Positions 1 to 11,097 of a stretch of 58,446 nucleotides of DNA are shown here, piece after piece (positions within the stretch are counted from its first letter, which is position 1; every line of letters begins with the position of its first letter). Source of the stretch: Phoronis australis (lineage: Eukaryota > Animalia > Phoronida); assembly GCA_002633005.1 (NCBI GenBank), contig NMRA01000066.1:403612-462057 (forward strand), read 5' to 3'. A program made the position numbers and the translations under genes. The notes below the pieces were generated by a model, which was given only the letters and a program-made list of their open reading frames with translations, searched no databases and was not told the origin of the DNA.

Positions 1-2932
1 GACCGCAATTGTCCACGAATATAGTAACCTTAGGTCTTTTGGGAATTTGTGGCCACCTGTCGAAGACTTGCACCAGGGAAATTAGCAGTAATAAGGCTTA
101 GCGCAACGACGTATTTTGATAAAAATTCCATCTTTTACCAGTTGTTTACATGCAGACAGCCACGCATGCGCAATTCAATCACCACTAGTACAGCAGCGAC
201 ACCGCGAGGAGAATTCTCCGAATAGCCCCATTGGTGTAAGCGTTCTGGTGATTTTGTGAACGACCCGATGAGCATGCGTGTTAGCTAACGTAAGTGGAGC
301 GAGTATCTATGCTGCAACACTCTCGATTAAAACTCAGTCGAACAGACGAGCGTAAATTCACAGTTCAAACTCTCATGGCCAGTCCCTCGGTATCTCAGGG
401 TCGTAAGCTTTAACACTAGAATGCATGGTTCACGTGCGGGAGTTGGCATTCCATGCCTAGAGTTCTATGATAGCAAAAAGGTAATTGTACGGTCACGTGA
501 CACGGTTATTGCACGGTGAAGAAAATAGGCTGTGAAAAAGTGTGTACATGTGTATACGTGTAAATTACACGTGTTTTATTACTAATAATGTTATTAGCCT
601 CCATCGAATAAGAATTTTCACTCGGTCTTCGGCCTCGTGAGAATTACGTACTCGGTGTAGCAACACAATTTTTTTGCGATGTAATTGTTAGCACACTTCA
701 ATTTACACATAGTTTGATAATATATTTTTTATTGAGCAATCGAATTACGGGTACGTTTTTAGAGATCATGTATTTTAGCTGAGAAGAGACATTTTTTCTG
801 AGAAATTGTTGTGTTGAGCGTAGAATAATTTTGAATTTTTAACTCAACTAAATGTTTTAGGTCCCTTTTCATAAAACAGGCCCCAAGAGTTCTTACTTAC
901 GGACCATAATCAAAAATGCAAGAAATTGTAAGAACGTCAAGTGGCAAAATAGCTCGTGACGTTTCAAGAAAAATTTCCGATGCTCGCTATTTAAGAAGCT
1001 ATCTTACCAGTGGCACGTTGAGATAAATCAAAGCAATGAGTTCAATTAGCCCATTGATCAAAGTAAGCCTGCCAAACCATAATTCATGGATAATGTCTTC
1101 GATGGAAAAAAACCGTGAAATGAGATGGCTTGGCTTTCTAAAAGGTACATGCACGTTAAACAAGACAAACTACCGACATTTCATGATATACTTTGTTAAA
1201 AGTATACTAAACCCTGTTGGGGATTTCAACCAAACCACGTTCTGTAACCAGCTGATGCATCATTGGCGTCAAAGATTAGATATTATGCTTCTTGGTTTGT
1301 GATCTTTCCTTACAGCTGTCGTGTAACTCACCTAAAGCGCAAATGCTTGCCTGTTTAGCAGACGTTGGAAGGAGTCTTCAAGCTTTGCTCCAAACGTTTG
1401 AGAGTTGTCGAAGGATACAGAGCAGTATTCTGTTTCAGGAAACTGGTTGAGAAAGTCGATTTAGTGTCTCGTAATAGGCCGAAACCTGGTTTGGAGTCTT
1501 TTAAATAGGATACGCTGGGTAGTTGAATTGCAAAACATTCCAGAAACGTGTGTCTTTGAACTGAAGAAAATGAGATTTGTAAATTAACAACGACAACTTA
1601 CGACATACCTTTTAATTTACCTTTAAGTATCGTTCCAAATAACCGGGACCCGGTCAGACATTGCCAGCAATATCACAGCATTAGTAAGCTACGAAACGCC
1701 GTGAAAGACACTGGTATTTTTCTAGCTAAACGATCTGATCAATACTAGAATTTTAAAATATTCAGAGCGAACACGACGGATAAGCACACTATGTCTTGCT
1801 AATGTTTTTGATTGCAACCCAGTTGCTAAGAAAACTGATTATGCACGCTTCATTTGCATTTTGTCATTTTTGTTCATCAAGCGAGACTCTCGAGGTACGG
1901 TTCCAGACAACCAGCGACTTTTTCAAAAATGTGCTGACCCCTTTGCTACTGGACTAGCTGTACTTTAATACCGTTCGCACATCTCTTCAATGCAAGAGAT
2001 ATGTGAACGATAGCTGGCTCTGAAAGGTGCCCATCACTATTCATCGTTAGAGCGTATTCAGTCATTATGCCGCCGCTATATCGAAAAGTGTCTACTAGGC
2101 CCTATTTCTGAAGGATATTATTGGGATTTTCACTCGTGGGTCTGTGACAACACAAGAAGTGGTCGTTTATGAGGGTACTTACGAGAGATTCCTCTTTGAA
2201 TTCAATCTTGGAACCAGGAAAAGGCCACAACTATACCAGCATTGCTTCAAGAAAAACCAATGGGAGACGAGTTTTAATTCAGTGATTTCTATGAGTTTGT
2301 GCACTTTAAAATATCTATAATATCTATGACCGAATACCACTAATCGGGCTTTTGTCGAACAAATCGGGCAAAATGTAAACCAAATATGAAACGAAATTGA
2401 TCATCATTAATAGTATAATGGGTAAATCTTAAGTAACAACGCTAAAAGAACATGGAATAACTCTTTTTGTTGCATGAGTTAATTTGCCTGAGAAGAAGTC
2501 TAGATTGCGAATATTTGCATCTGGAACATAATCCAGCGTTAGAGCGCTCCCTCACAGTTAAACACGCATTCAAAAGAAGTGTGCCGTATTGGATTGTAAA
2601 AACTGCGTAATTAAATTAACCTTACTTATCAAATGTGTCACGATCGATAACTAAAAAAGGAACTTAGTATGACGACGAAGGTTATTGTGTGATGAGCGAG
2701 AAGTACATTTAAAAAAATGAACGACTGTGAAAACCTTAATGCGAGCCAGACATATGATACATTCAGTTTTTAGAAACATCAAATTAAACCGTAACAGGGG
2801 CTGAAAATTTGAAATAAACGATTTCGACCCTAATTTTCGCATCAAGCAATCGGCCGCGACAGCAAGACTTTACATTAGGGACTAGGCTCGTGCAAAGAAA
2901 TTCCAGATTTTATATAAAATATTCTCAAGTTC

Positions 2933-2947
2933 ATTTTTATATTTCAG
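2933..2947 (+). promoter_or_regulatory. Putative 3' splice acceptor of a 5'-UTR intron of GPCR paralog 1
   Basis: ttttatatttcAG (AG at 2946-2947). The same tatatttcAG, then ctcaaggag, then tccATG occur upstream of paralog 2. Confidence 0.6.
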
Positions 2948-2993
2948 ATATCCATGCGTCTGCCTGTGTGCTCAAGGAGTATTCGTCTCGTCC

Positions 2994-4049
2994 ATGGACA
3001 ACTTTACCGTTAGCGATTTCACGGTACCACTTTCTCCAAACGGTACAGAGAAAGCTACATTCGAATATCACGTGATATTCGCGTGCGCTATTACAGTGAT
3101 AACATCGCTCATAATCGTGTCAAATATTCTGAACATCGTCATCATATCCCGGACTCCGCAGTTGAAAAACAGTTCTGGACATTTGCTCATCCAGTTGTCC
3201 TGTGTAGACCTCCTTTCCGGAATTTTCATGGGAATCTTCGCCATTCCTTCTTCTCTATACGAACGTTGGATATTTCCTCAGTGGATATGCACGCTGTGCG
3301 GATATTTCGGATCAATCACGTTCACTCTTTCCGTGAACACAATAGCTTTAGTAAGCCTTGACAGATGCCTATACATATCCAAGCCGTTGCATTACAAGTT
3401 TCTTGTGACGAAATGGAGAACCTGGATTTCAATAGTTATAGCTTGGATTCTTAACATTATCTGGTACTCAATACCATTTTGCGTGCCTTCATGGGACACA
3501 GACATGACATTTCACTACTGGGAGGGTGCCTATTTATGCACCGTCGCGTTTGAGAGCAATTTCGTATTTTTCATGCTGTCTCTAGGCGTAATGTTCGTTC
3601 CGTCTACAATAGTCATATTCACCTGCCACGTTATAATGTATCTCATTTCCAGACAGGCTCTCCAGAAGGATGGGGTAACAAAAATTTATCAAATGCGTTA
3701 CAAGAAGCAATGGTTTCCCAAGCGAGGAGAGATGTATTATGCAGAAAGTCAACGAAAGAACATAATTCAGAATAATCAAGCCTTCAAGACTGTGGCAACG
3801 ATTTTGATCGCTTTCATTATTGCGTGGCTACCGAAACTCTGTTATTCCCTGGCAATAACTATCGAACGCCGATACAGCCTTCCACTCAACCTTCCACCAT
3901 TGCTTGCTGGCGTGGCCTGGTGGATAGCTGTTTCTAACAGCTACGTCAACTTTTTTATATATTCATACAGGAATAAAGCTTTCAGAAGAAACGCCAAAAT
4001 TCTTCTGAAACATTGTATATGGAAAATACCCGGCGACTGGGGTTATTAG
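2994..4049 (+). CDS. Class A (rhodopsin-like) orphan GPCR, GPR21/GPR52-like, paralog 1 (351 aa, intronless CDS)
   Basis: Seven hydrophobic segments. Motifs: TM1 N (SNILN), TM2 LSCVDLL, ECL1 W..P.W.C, TM3 SLDRC followed by KPLHY, TM4 W, TM5 FVP, TM6 FIIAWLP, TM7 WIAVSNSYVNFFIY and helix 8 NKAFR. N-glycosylation sequons NFT and NGT at the N-terminus. Confidence 0.95.
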   Translation: MDNFTVSDFTVPLSPNGTEKATFEYHVIFACAITVITSLIIVSNILNIVIISRTPQLKNSSGHLLIQLSCVDLLSGIFMGIFAIPSSLYERWIFPQWICTLCGYFGSITFTLSVNTIALVSLDRCLYISKPLHYKFLVTKWRTWISIVIAWILNIIWYSIPFCVPSWDTDMTFHYWEGAYLCTVAFESNFVFFMLSLGVMFVPSTIVIFTCHVIMYLISRQALQKDGVTKIYQMRYKKQWFPKRGEMYYAESQRKNIIQNNQAFKTVATILIAFIIAWLPKLCYSLAITIERRYSLPLNLPPLLAGVAWWIAVSNSYVNFFIYSYRNKAFRRNAKILLKHCIWKIPGDWGY

Positions 4050-5646
4050 ACTCCCTTTGACTTGATGTCTTAGTCCAACAAGCTGACGACAAAAATACAG
4101 TATGATCGGTGAATGTCAAAGAAGCAAAGATATTTAAACCTCTTTGACCGTTCTGGCCTGCGTTCATTAAACCGAAGCTAATAATCCCGCTAAGGCGCAA
4201 GATGTCTCAAGTCTTTGCGAGATATCACCATGCATTACAAGTGAAGGGCGTCGTCAAAGTTAGCTTTTCTCGTTTAATCCGCGCATCGGGAACGCAGGTC
4301 TGGTAGAGCTGGTGACCACGATGAAGTGTTCATGTATATTACAAGAATCTGTTATTATGAAACGGAGCTCAGGACTACCTCGTACGCAAAATAGCTACAA
4401 TTGAGGCTTGCAGAGGAAACTGGACACGTAACGGCATAACTTCCTTGAGAATCATTTGAACATTCACTAGAGCGGCATGATAATTTAAGGGCGGTCCTGC
4501 TACTTTTTAGATGTTACTAAGACGGAAAAATGATAAGTTATATAGCTTCATCAATCTGTTTCAGAACGAAATTCAACCGCTTTGGGAAAGGCTTTCTAAG
4601 CACCAACATATTTAGAAGTCCGAATGATTAGGCGCCATCTGGCGGAACATTTTCCATCAACGTTTTGGTAAGTTGGGGTTGCTTGACGCCGGTTGCAAAG
4701 CTTTCAGATGCAGCTAAATTAGTTTGCCTTTGTTTAATTGATGTAAAATCTATGCAGTTTAGTTCCTTAGAAATATTGGACTCGATAAGGTAACCATATT
4801 GCTTTCAACTGAGCGTATTCTCCAATAACTTCACTATACACTAAAATGTTGGTTTAGCCAAAAGCATTATCAATGTCAAATCCAACTCAAACACTACGCG
4901 ATGTCACTTTCGTTTGTAAAATGAAATGTGAGGAAGCGGGATGGCAAACGACGAATTGATGAATTACATTATATATACTCGATTGAGCATTCATGACATG
5001 TACAATGGTAGAAGTGTTCCAAGTTACTCTAACCCCTGCGTGAAGGCATATGTTGAAGGTGATTGCAGATAAGCGTATTACCCGCTACGGGCTGTGGGAA
5101 AACGTTAATGTTCAAATTTACAAATATGCATGCGTGCCTGTTGAAGTCCAAGTGGAACTGATTGATTGATTGCAATCCAACTCTATTACCGTTCATTCAT
5201 ACTTGATATTACTATTTCCTGAATCCTCTTGTCATGGCCTTTCCAAAAAAATATTACTTGTATACTTGTACTGACTGGTACCTTCTTATTAAAAAAATAG
5301 TTTTTTCCGAAGCGTTCATTTACAACGAAGCTTTAGGGTGTCCTAAAACATCAATTTTCCAGCAGGTGTATGGTTATTTGCGTATATAAAACATGTGCAG
5401 TTGCGCCTTTGTGTGTTTTTTGGTGGTTAAGATTGTTAAATTTTAATTGTTAAATTGTGACTGTTGAATAGTCTATTGAATTGATATGTTATGCTCTATA
5501 TGCCTTTGTACCAAAGGGCGGTAAAGTGACGAGTTAAAGGTTAGATTGGTTTCCAGTGTTCTTGACGACGAGAAACGAGGCTAGTTTAAGTTCAGAAATG
5601 AAATGTCAGTCAATGCAAAATTGCCTGAAAAGTGCAGAAAGGCCTT

Positions 5647-5684
5647 AAGTCTGACGAAGGCTATATGCCTGTAAGTGTTAACTT
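5647..5684 (+). ncRNA. Degenerate minimal type I hammerhead ribozyme motif (Penelope-associated style)
   Basis: AAGT-CTGACGA-AGGC tatat GCCT-GtAA-gtgTTA-ACTT. Stem I is AAGT/ACTT, the CUGANGA box is intact, stem II is a perfect 4 bp, and GAAA is mutated to GTAA. Confidence 0.45.
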
Positions 5685-7499
5685 TGTCATTTATTGTAAT
5701 TAATTATTACGGGTAGAAACTCGGTGAGTATTGCAACCAGGTTAAAGGATGACTGTTTTAAGTGCTTGTTTTGTCACTGGCATATTTTACTCACACTGAA
5801 AGGTATTTTGAACAAATTCATGCAAATGACAATTTTTCAAACCGGATGTGTGACACGGTGAGCAATTAGCACAATTCGACATTGTGCGTCTGATCAGCTT
5901 AAATACTGTTGCAGCAGTTTTATTACCTGTTTCTTGCTGCATTGCTCAAGTCCAATGGCAAATTGTCTGTACTGGGCTAGGACTGAAAAATGGAGGAGCT
6001 TCTGTGCAGCTGCACACATTCGTTAGTTCGGAAAAGGGAGAGAAGAGAGGTTACTCGGACCGGCTGACACTTTCGAAACATGCTCGCTGCATCATTCAAT
6101 TATACGGAAACGGTTCAAATTTTCTTTCATTGTAAGTACCAGAGCCAAATTGAACAAAAACGCCTTCAAGGAGATAACATTCCTATTTAAATTAATATGT
6201 CGTGGCCAGTAGAGAACATGTATAGGCAACGTCCTGTCTGCGAGTTAGCCGTTGGCGTACTATTTTCGTTTTGGGCAGGCGGCGTGTTCTTCGGTCGTGT
6301 TCACTCAGGAGGGTTTTAACGCATTGGTCCTTCTGTAGTTCCGCCGTTGATATGCAATAAAGCGCGCAATGGGATCACGGGCAACAGGAAAGGAGTAGTG
6401 TAAACGCCCAGAAAGTGGCGTTAGCACAGCCACACTCTCATTGGATCCAGCAGCAATTATAAGTTATCGATGAAATGACATTTCGTACTTTGCTAATGTT
6501 TGCAGACGTTGATTGGAATCGCACTCACTGTAAGTTACAATTCGAAATCCTTATTCCACCAATTTTTAGTTTTTCCGTAAGGGGCCAAGCAGGCTTGACC
6601 GTTTATCAAAAGTGGACGACAGCATCCAATCAAGAAGTCCATTTTGTTTTACAGGATATCCTTAAATTGCACCCCAAATGCAAAAGTTTTCTGTATTGCA
6701 AAATAACGTTCCGGCTGAATTGAGACATTATTTAAATGAAAAAGAGATCCTTGTACTCAAATTGCTGTGGTGGATGTTGAATACGTAGGCCCTTTGATGC
6801 AAAACATTCCTTTTATAAAGCTGCAGTTCGCTGTGTTTAGCTGGATAAAAACTGGTCTCGTAATGTGTATTCTTGAACTTGGACACTGATGAAATACACA
6901 AATATTCCGTGCGCGTCTGGAATGAGTAACTTCGTCGTTTTAGTGATTAATAAAACCAAAAAATGCGAGATAATTCGATTTCCTGAAAGATTATACAATT
7001 TTCTACACGACACGAATACTGACGTTTTTACTAGAAACATAAGTCGCTGAAACTTCAACTGGACATGGGGAATTTCGACCATCTCCATCATGGTCAGTCC
7101 GACGGAGAAACAGACGAAATTCATTTTATTAAAGAGCAAGAACAAAGAATGGTATTCTTGAAGCTTGTTTAGCACATGATGAAGTGGTATCGTGGAAAAC
7201 CCGCTTTGTCATGTTCCTATATAATTTCTCACTTTGCATCTCATTGTCAGACAATGACTCTTAAGCATGCGGAACACCTCGGGTATTTCCGGTAGTGAAC
7301 GTATCTGTGCATGTGCTGACTTTAGTCACTCGGTCAGTCACGTGATTTTCATGCTAGAGAATGGTTGGCCGTATCACTGAAGTTCGCAAATTTGCAGATA
7401 ACGTTCACCTCTCAGTAGGAATCTCAGGATATAAAAATGCAGGGAGATGATCTTATGCGTACCCTAGTACCTCGGTCCAACTCATTTTGTAAGGGGATA

Positions 7500-8130
7500 T
7501 AAAACAATTTAAAGTTATGTAGGACCAAGTTTTGGCTAACTTCGGAACATCATGTCTTAGAAATGGCTTATCGGATTAATATGAAACTTTCAGATACTTG
7601 GCTTTATGCACTGTTCTCGAAAATTCTGTTATGAATTGTTTTTAAATTGTTCCACTTTTCATTGGGGGCTAACAACAAATTGGACTTTTATGATTTTCAT
7701 GAAAGAACTCTAAATGTTGGACACAAATGATACTTTAGAAAACTGCAACAGCGTTTTTGAACCTTTACACAAAATGAAAGTTGACCTTGTTATTGAAACC
7801 ACAGTTCTGCTATCAACATACTTTTCTTTTTTGCTAAAAATGTGGTCATGTGACTCAATTAATGGCAGACTGATAAAAAAGTAAGAAAATCAAAATTTAC
7901 AGGTCATGTGCTTTCAGAAATTATATGCCTTTACTGGGTAAAATCTGTATTTTCATGGGTATTTGGCGAAACACTCGGATTTTTTTGCGTAAATTTACCT
8001 GGGTGATTTGAATGTAATTTTGTTTGTTTACATTTATTTATTAACTGGGTCATTCAATGAACCCTCTGCATATGGGCTGTGCCTACTCTTACTGAGTTAA
8101 AATCTATAGTTTCGTGGGTATTTTACTAAA
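7500..8130 (+). repeat. Dispersed repeat with internal subrepeats (Helentron-associated/HINE-like), copy 1
   Basis: ttcggaacatcatgtcttagaaatggcttatcggatt...gctttatgcactgttctc matches 12795-12880 and, inverted, 52158-52228. Confidence 0.5.
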
Positions 8131-9734
8131 TACCTGTGAATAAAGTCATACACAACCTTATTCAACTTGTGCAAATTGTTGTCTGTTGTTAGGTCAATTT
8201 AGATCATGGTGATTGAGTAATAAATTTGTTTTAGATGTCAGACGTTGTTGTTTTTTTTTAAAAAAGCTGCATCCACGATACAAGCGACTGGTATACTCTC
8301 ACGTGGTCCGTACATGTAGACAGTGTTTTTATAAAATACATCAGGTGGCGTGTAGACCAAACTAAAATGCTTCCCAACAAAATACATCACCGAAAAGCAA
8401 ATCATTTTTGTGTATCGACAGCCACGTTTTGTATCATTGTGTATCATGGTATCGTATTTTGCTTCCTATGCCCTGCAAAAGGAAAGACACTAAAAGACGA
8501 ATGAGCTACCGTCAAAAACGTTCGAAATGAAATTTCAAATGTGTGTTGGCCATAAAGGTACAACTTGCAAGTTACGGAAAATAATTATATCAATCATTTT
8601 TGGCGTTTATTTTTTAGCCTTGTACGAAATTTAGAACGTATACCGTACAATTTTGGGACAGCTCATGTACTAATTAAAGGGGAATGCCGCCCCAAAACAA
8701 CCTGTTTTGTATCATAGTAGATCGAGTAGTTCTACTCGATAACGGCAGGTTTGGTTGCGTTACCTGACACCTGACGGCAGACCGAGGTGTTGAAATTATC
8801 CAATGACGTAATTTGTTTCACATCAGTCTGTTCAGCAGTTCACAGCACGGGTTACTAGTGTCAGCTTATCGCTTGAATTCATCGTTTAACTCCAAAAAAA
8901 TCATCACACTTCGATGTAAAACCCTTAAAAATACACAGAGTTCTTATAAAAACGTGTTGTTTCATTTCGCTGTTGCGGATTTATTGGTATTTGGACACAC
9001 CGTAGCTTACAAAGTTTGGCAGGCCAATTTACCAAGGTGGCGTAGCAGAAGTTTGGGATATGTTCGGAGATAAACTCGAAGTATTCTTCCGTGTGTTGTT
9101 TAGACTTGTGATTTTTTGAGTTCTAAACACACTAAACGCTTGTTATCGCGGCCAGTGGCTCGGAACCCGATCAGGCCCGTCGCGGCCGCCTTGATTGGCA
9201 CGAACATAAGCCAGCTTCAGTTGGAAACATAACCTCCAGTCACGAAAACATTATAATAATGAGCCAAAGAAATAATGTGCACGTAATTATTTATGTGAAT
9301 TAGCCACGAAATTGAAAATCTACTTACTTGTGAGGGGCCGCGAAGTCGGGTTCCCCTTCCACAGACCGTCAGGGCAAAGGTTGTACACTAACAATGATTT
9401 GAATCATGTATTTGTATTTCTAAATAAAGATTCCCCTTACATGTGACCATAGCATATAAAATCGTGCAATTGTTTCACAACAGCTTTCTGTCAGCAAACA
9501 CTGAATTAGCATGCGCTCACACGGTGCCCGGTCAATTACCTTCATTGTCAGCATCAAAAGCCGGTAACGCAGTGGTTTATTCATTGCTGGATTCTCAACA
9601 TTTGCACTCACGAATACTGCAAAGGCATTACAAATTGTATCTAACGAGACAGACTTTGTTTCAGTTTTACATAAACATTGGTTAAGGTGAGAATAATTCA
9701 TTTTGAAAAAGAACGCAGAATAATAAACGTCTAC

Positions 9735-9930
9735 ATGGCAACTCGCCCGGCGTCAATCCCAACTTAGTTTAGAGCTGGGAGTAATGGTCCTAGGTCAAGA
9801 GCTCATCCGACGAAGACTTTACAAGTCGGATCGTTAGGTTTCACAGGCAATCAGTTCGAACCGGAATACACTGATCAAGAAATACTTGAGAGGCACCGTG
9901 AACATGCACAGGCAACGGAAAGTATGGATA
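9735..9930 (+). pseudogene. N-terminal stub of a second, convergent Kolobok protein (KolX-like)
   Basis: aCATGGCAA start followed by acidic SSDEDF and G(Y/N)(Q/H)FE(P/Q)(E/Q)Y(T/S)D(E/Q)EILER, recognisable in all three copies. Frameshifted. Confidence 0.55.
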
Positions 9931-10153
9931 GTTCTTTAGTAAGCCGGAATTCGTCAGAGAAATCACTGTCGACGAAATGCCAGCCACAGACATGGAGATG
10001 TTTCACGGCCTCATACTTGCTATTAACAGCGTACCTTTCATTCTTCACTACCCCGAGCCACTTCCTAAGCTCTAGAGGAAGTTGAAAAACCGATGTACCC
10101 GCTTTCTTCGCAGCTTCATAGTTCGGACAATCGGGAACGATGCATCGCAATAT
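9930..10153 (-). pseudogene. THAP (C2CH) zinc-finger N-terminus of a Kolobok-type transposase, truncated
   Basis: CIVPDC...FQLP...RKWLGVV...HVCGWHF..SDF is the THAP signature. Copies 2 and 3 have ATG-TTG-CGG-TGC (MLRC), whereas this copy has ATA. Confidence 0.85.
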
Positions 10154-10704
10154 AGCGATATTTACTCTGCAGACGAACCACTGACGTCGCTGCGTCGTTT
10201 CTCACCTTCCTCACAGGTTATCGCGACACCTCTCGGCAAGGTGAGATCGATCGTTTAAAAGGCGATGTGGATATTGATCGATTAAGACGGTAAAAAGACT
10301 AATTAAATCGGGTTGCATTCTCCTTTAAGTTCACGCATAGCACAAATGATAGTTTGTGTTGACTTCTCGAAACGAACCAGCGATGGCATAGACCACATAA
10401 CCAAGCCTCTTTCGTTGGTCAATATAGGATGTCTTAGTAAGAGCCCGAACACATTTTTTGAGGAAAAATTCCTCTGAAGCCCGTTTTGTGCTGTCTGGTA
10501 GTTTCCCTAACGGTGGCCCCTAAATTCCCCTTGTTCTTTGGTAATTGGCGAACTTGTGATTGCAGTGATGCAGATTTCGAAAACTTTTGATATAGACGAT
10601 AATAAAACGGCCTCAGACAGTTCAATACTGATATCAAAAGCGATTTTTGAGCTTAAATTTTGGGATAAAACGAGGCGCTGTGTCAAGTCAAAGAGTTTAA
10701 AGTC

Positions 10705-10952
10705 GAGTCCGTTTCATGAAAGTGCCTTAAGATATTTGGTCTTGGGCTCCAACTTAACACTTCACTTAGCCAAGTAATTATAAGAACATCTAAAATACTT
10801 TATAAGAAATCATCTCGGCAACTATCATTATGTGTATATTCTCCAATACTTTTGCTCAAGTGAGATTTGATAATTTGTCGGAAATAGTTATGTGGAGCTT
10901 AAGGCCAAATCTCTGTCGTAAGTCTTAAGTCACGTTTCATAAAACAGTCTCC
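10705..10952. mobile_element. PIF/Harbinger-like MITE, degenerate
   Basis: TIR-like ends gagtccgtttcatgaaagtgccttaaga / tcttaagtcacgtttcataaaacagtctc. Similar single ends at ~860-884 and ~27381-27400. Confidence 0.55.
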
Positions 10953-10960
10953 AGGGCAAT

Positions 10961-11097
10961 GTTCAGTAACACTAGGACCTCGCTGGGACCTCACTAGAAA
11001 AGCAAGGCTTCGCGAGATTACGCAAGATATCGCCGCGTTTGTTAAAAAAACACATGATTTTGGCTAGATTTTTCTAGTCGCGAGACAGCTACTGAAC
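10961..11097. mobile_element. Small MITE with GTTCAGTAACGCTA-type ends, copy 1
   Basis: gttcagtaacactaggacctcgct...ctactgaac, homologous to 41447-41582. Confidence 0.55.

Larger units (their letters stand above)
8678..10324 (+). mobile_element. Non-autonomous Kolobok-like DNA transposon, copy 1 (1647 bp)
   Basis: TTAA on both sides (8674-8677, 10325-10328). Imperfect 15-bp TIR AGGGGAATGCCGCCC / GGGTTGCATTCTCCT. Homologous end to end with copies at 13075 and 47639. Contains a THAP stub. Confidence 0.9.

Noticed and set aside
2994-4049. Annotation as an opsin or biogenic-amine receptor
   Set aside because: There is no Lys at 7.43 (Val) and no Asp at 3.32 (Gly).
9805-9836. Hammerhead-like string ccgacga-agac-tttacaa-gtc-ggatcgtt inside the Kolobok element
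   Set aside because: All three copies have GGAT rather than GAAA, the stem is not kept in the other copies, and the sequence is explained as coding (SDEDF..GS).
8678-10324. piggyBac assignment based on TTAA
   Set aside because: The termini are AGG...CCT and the element carries a THAP stub, which fits Kolobok.
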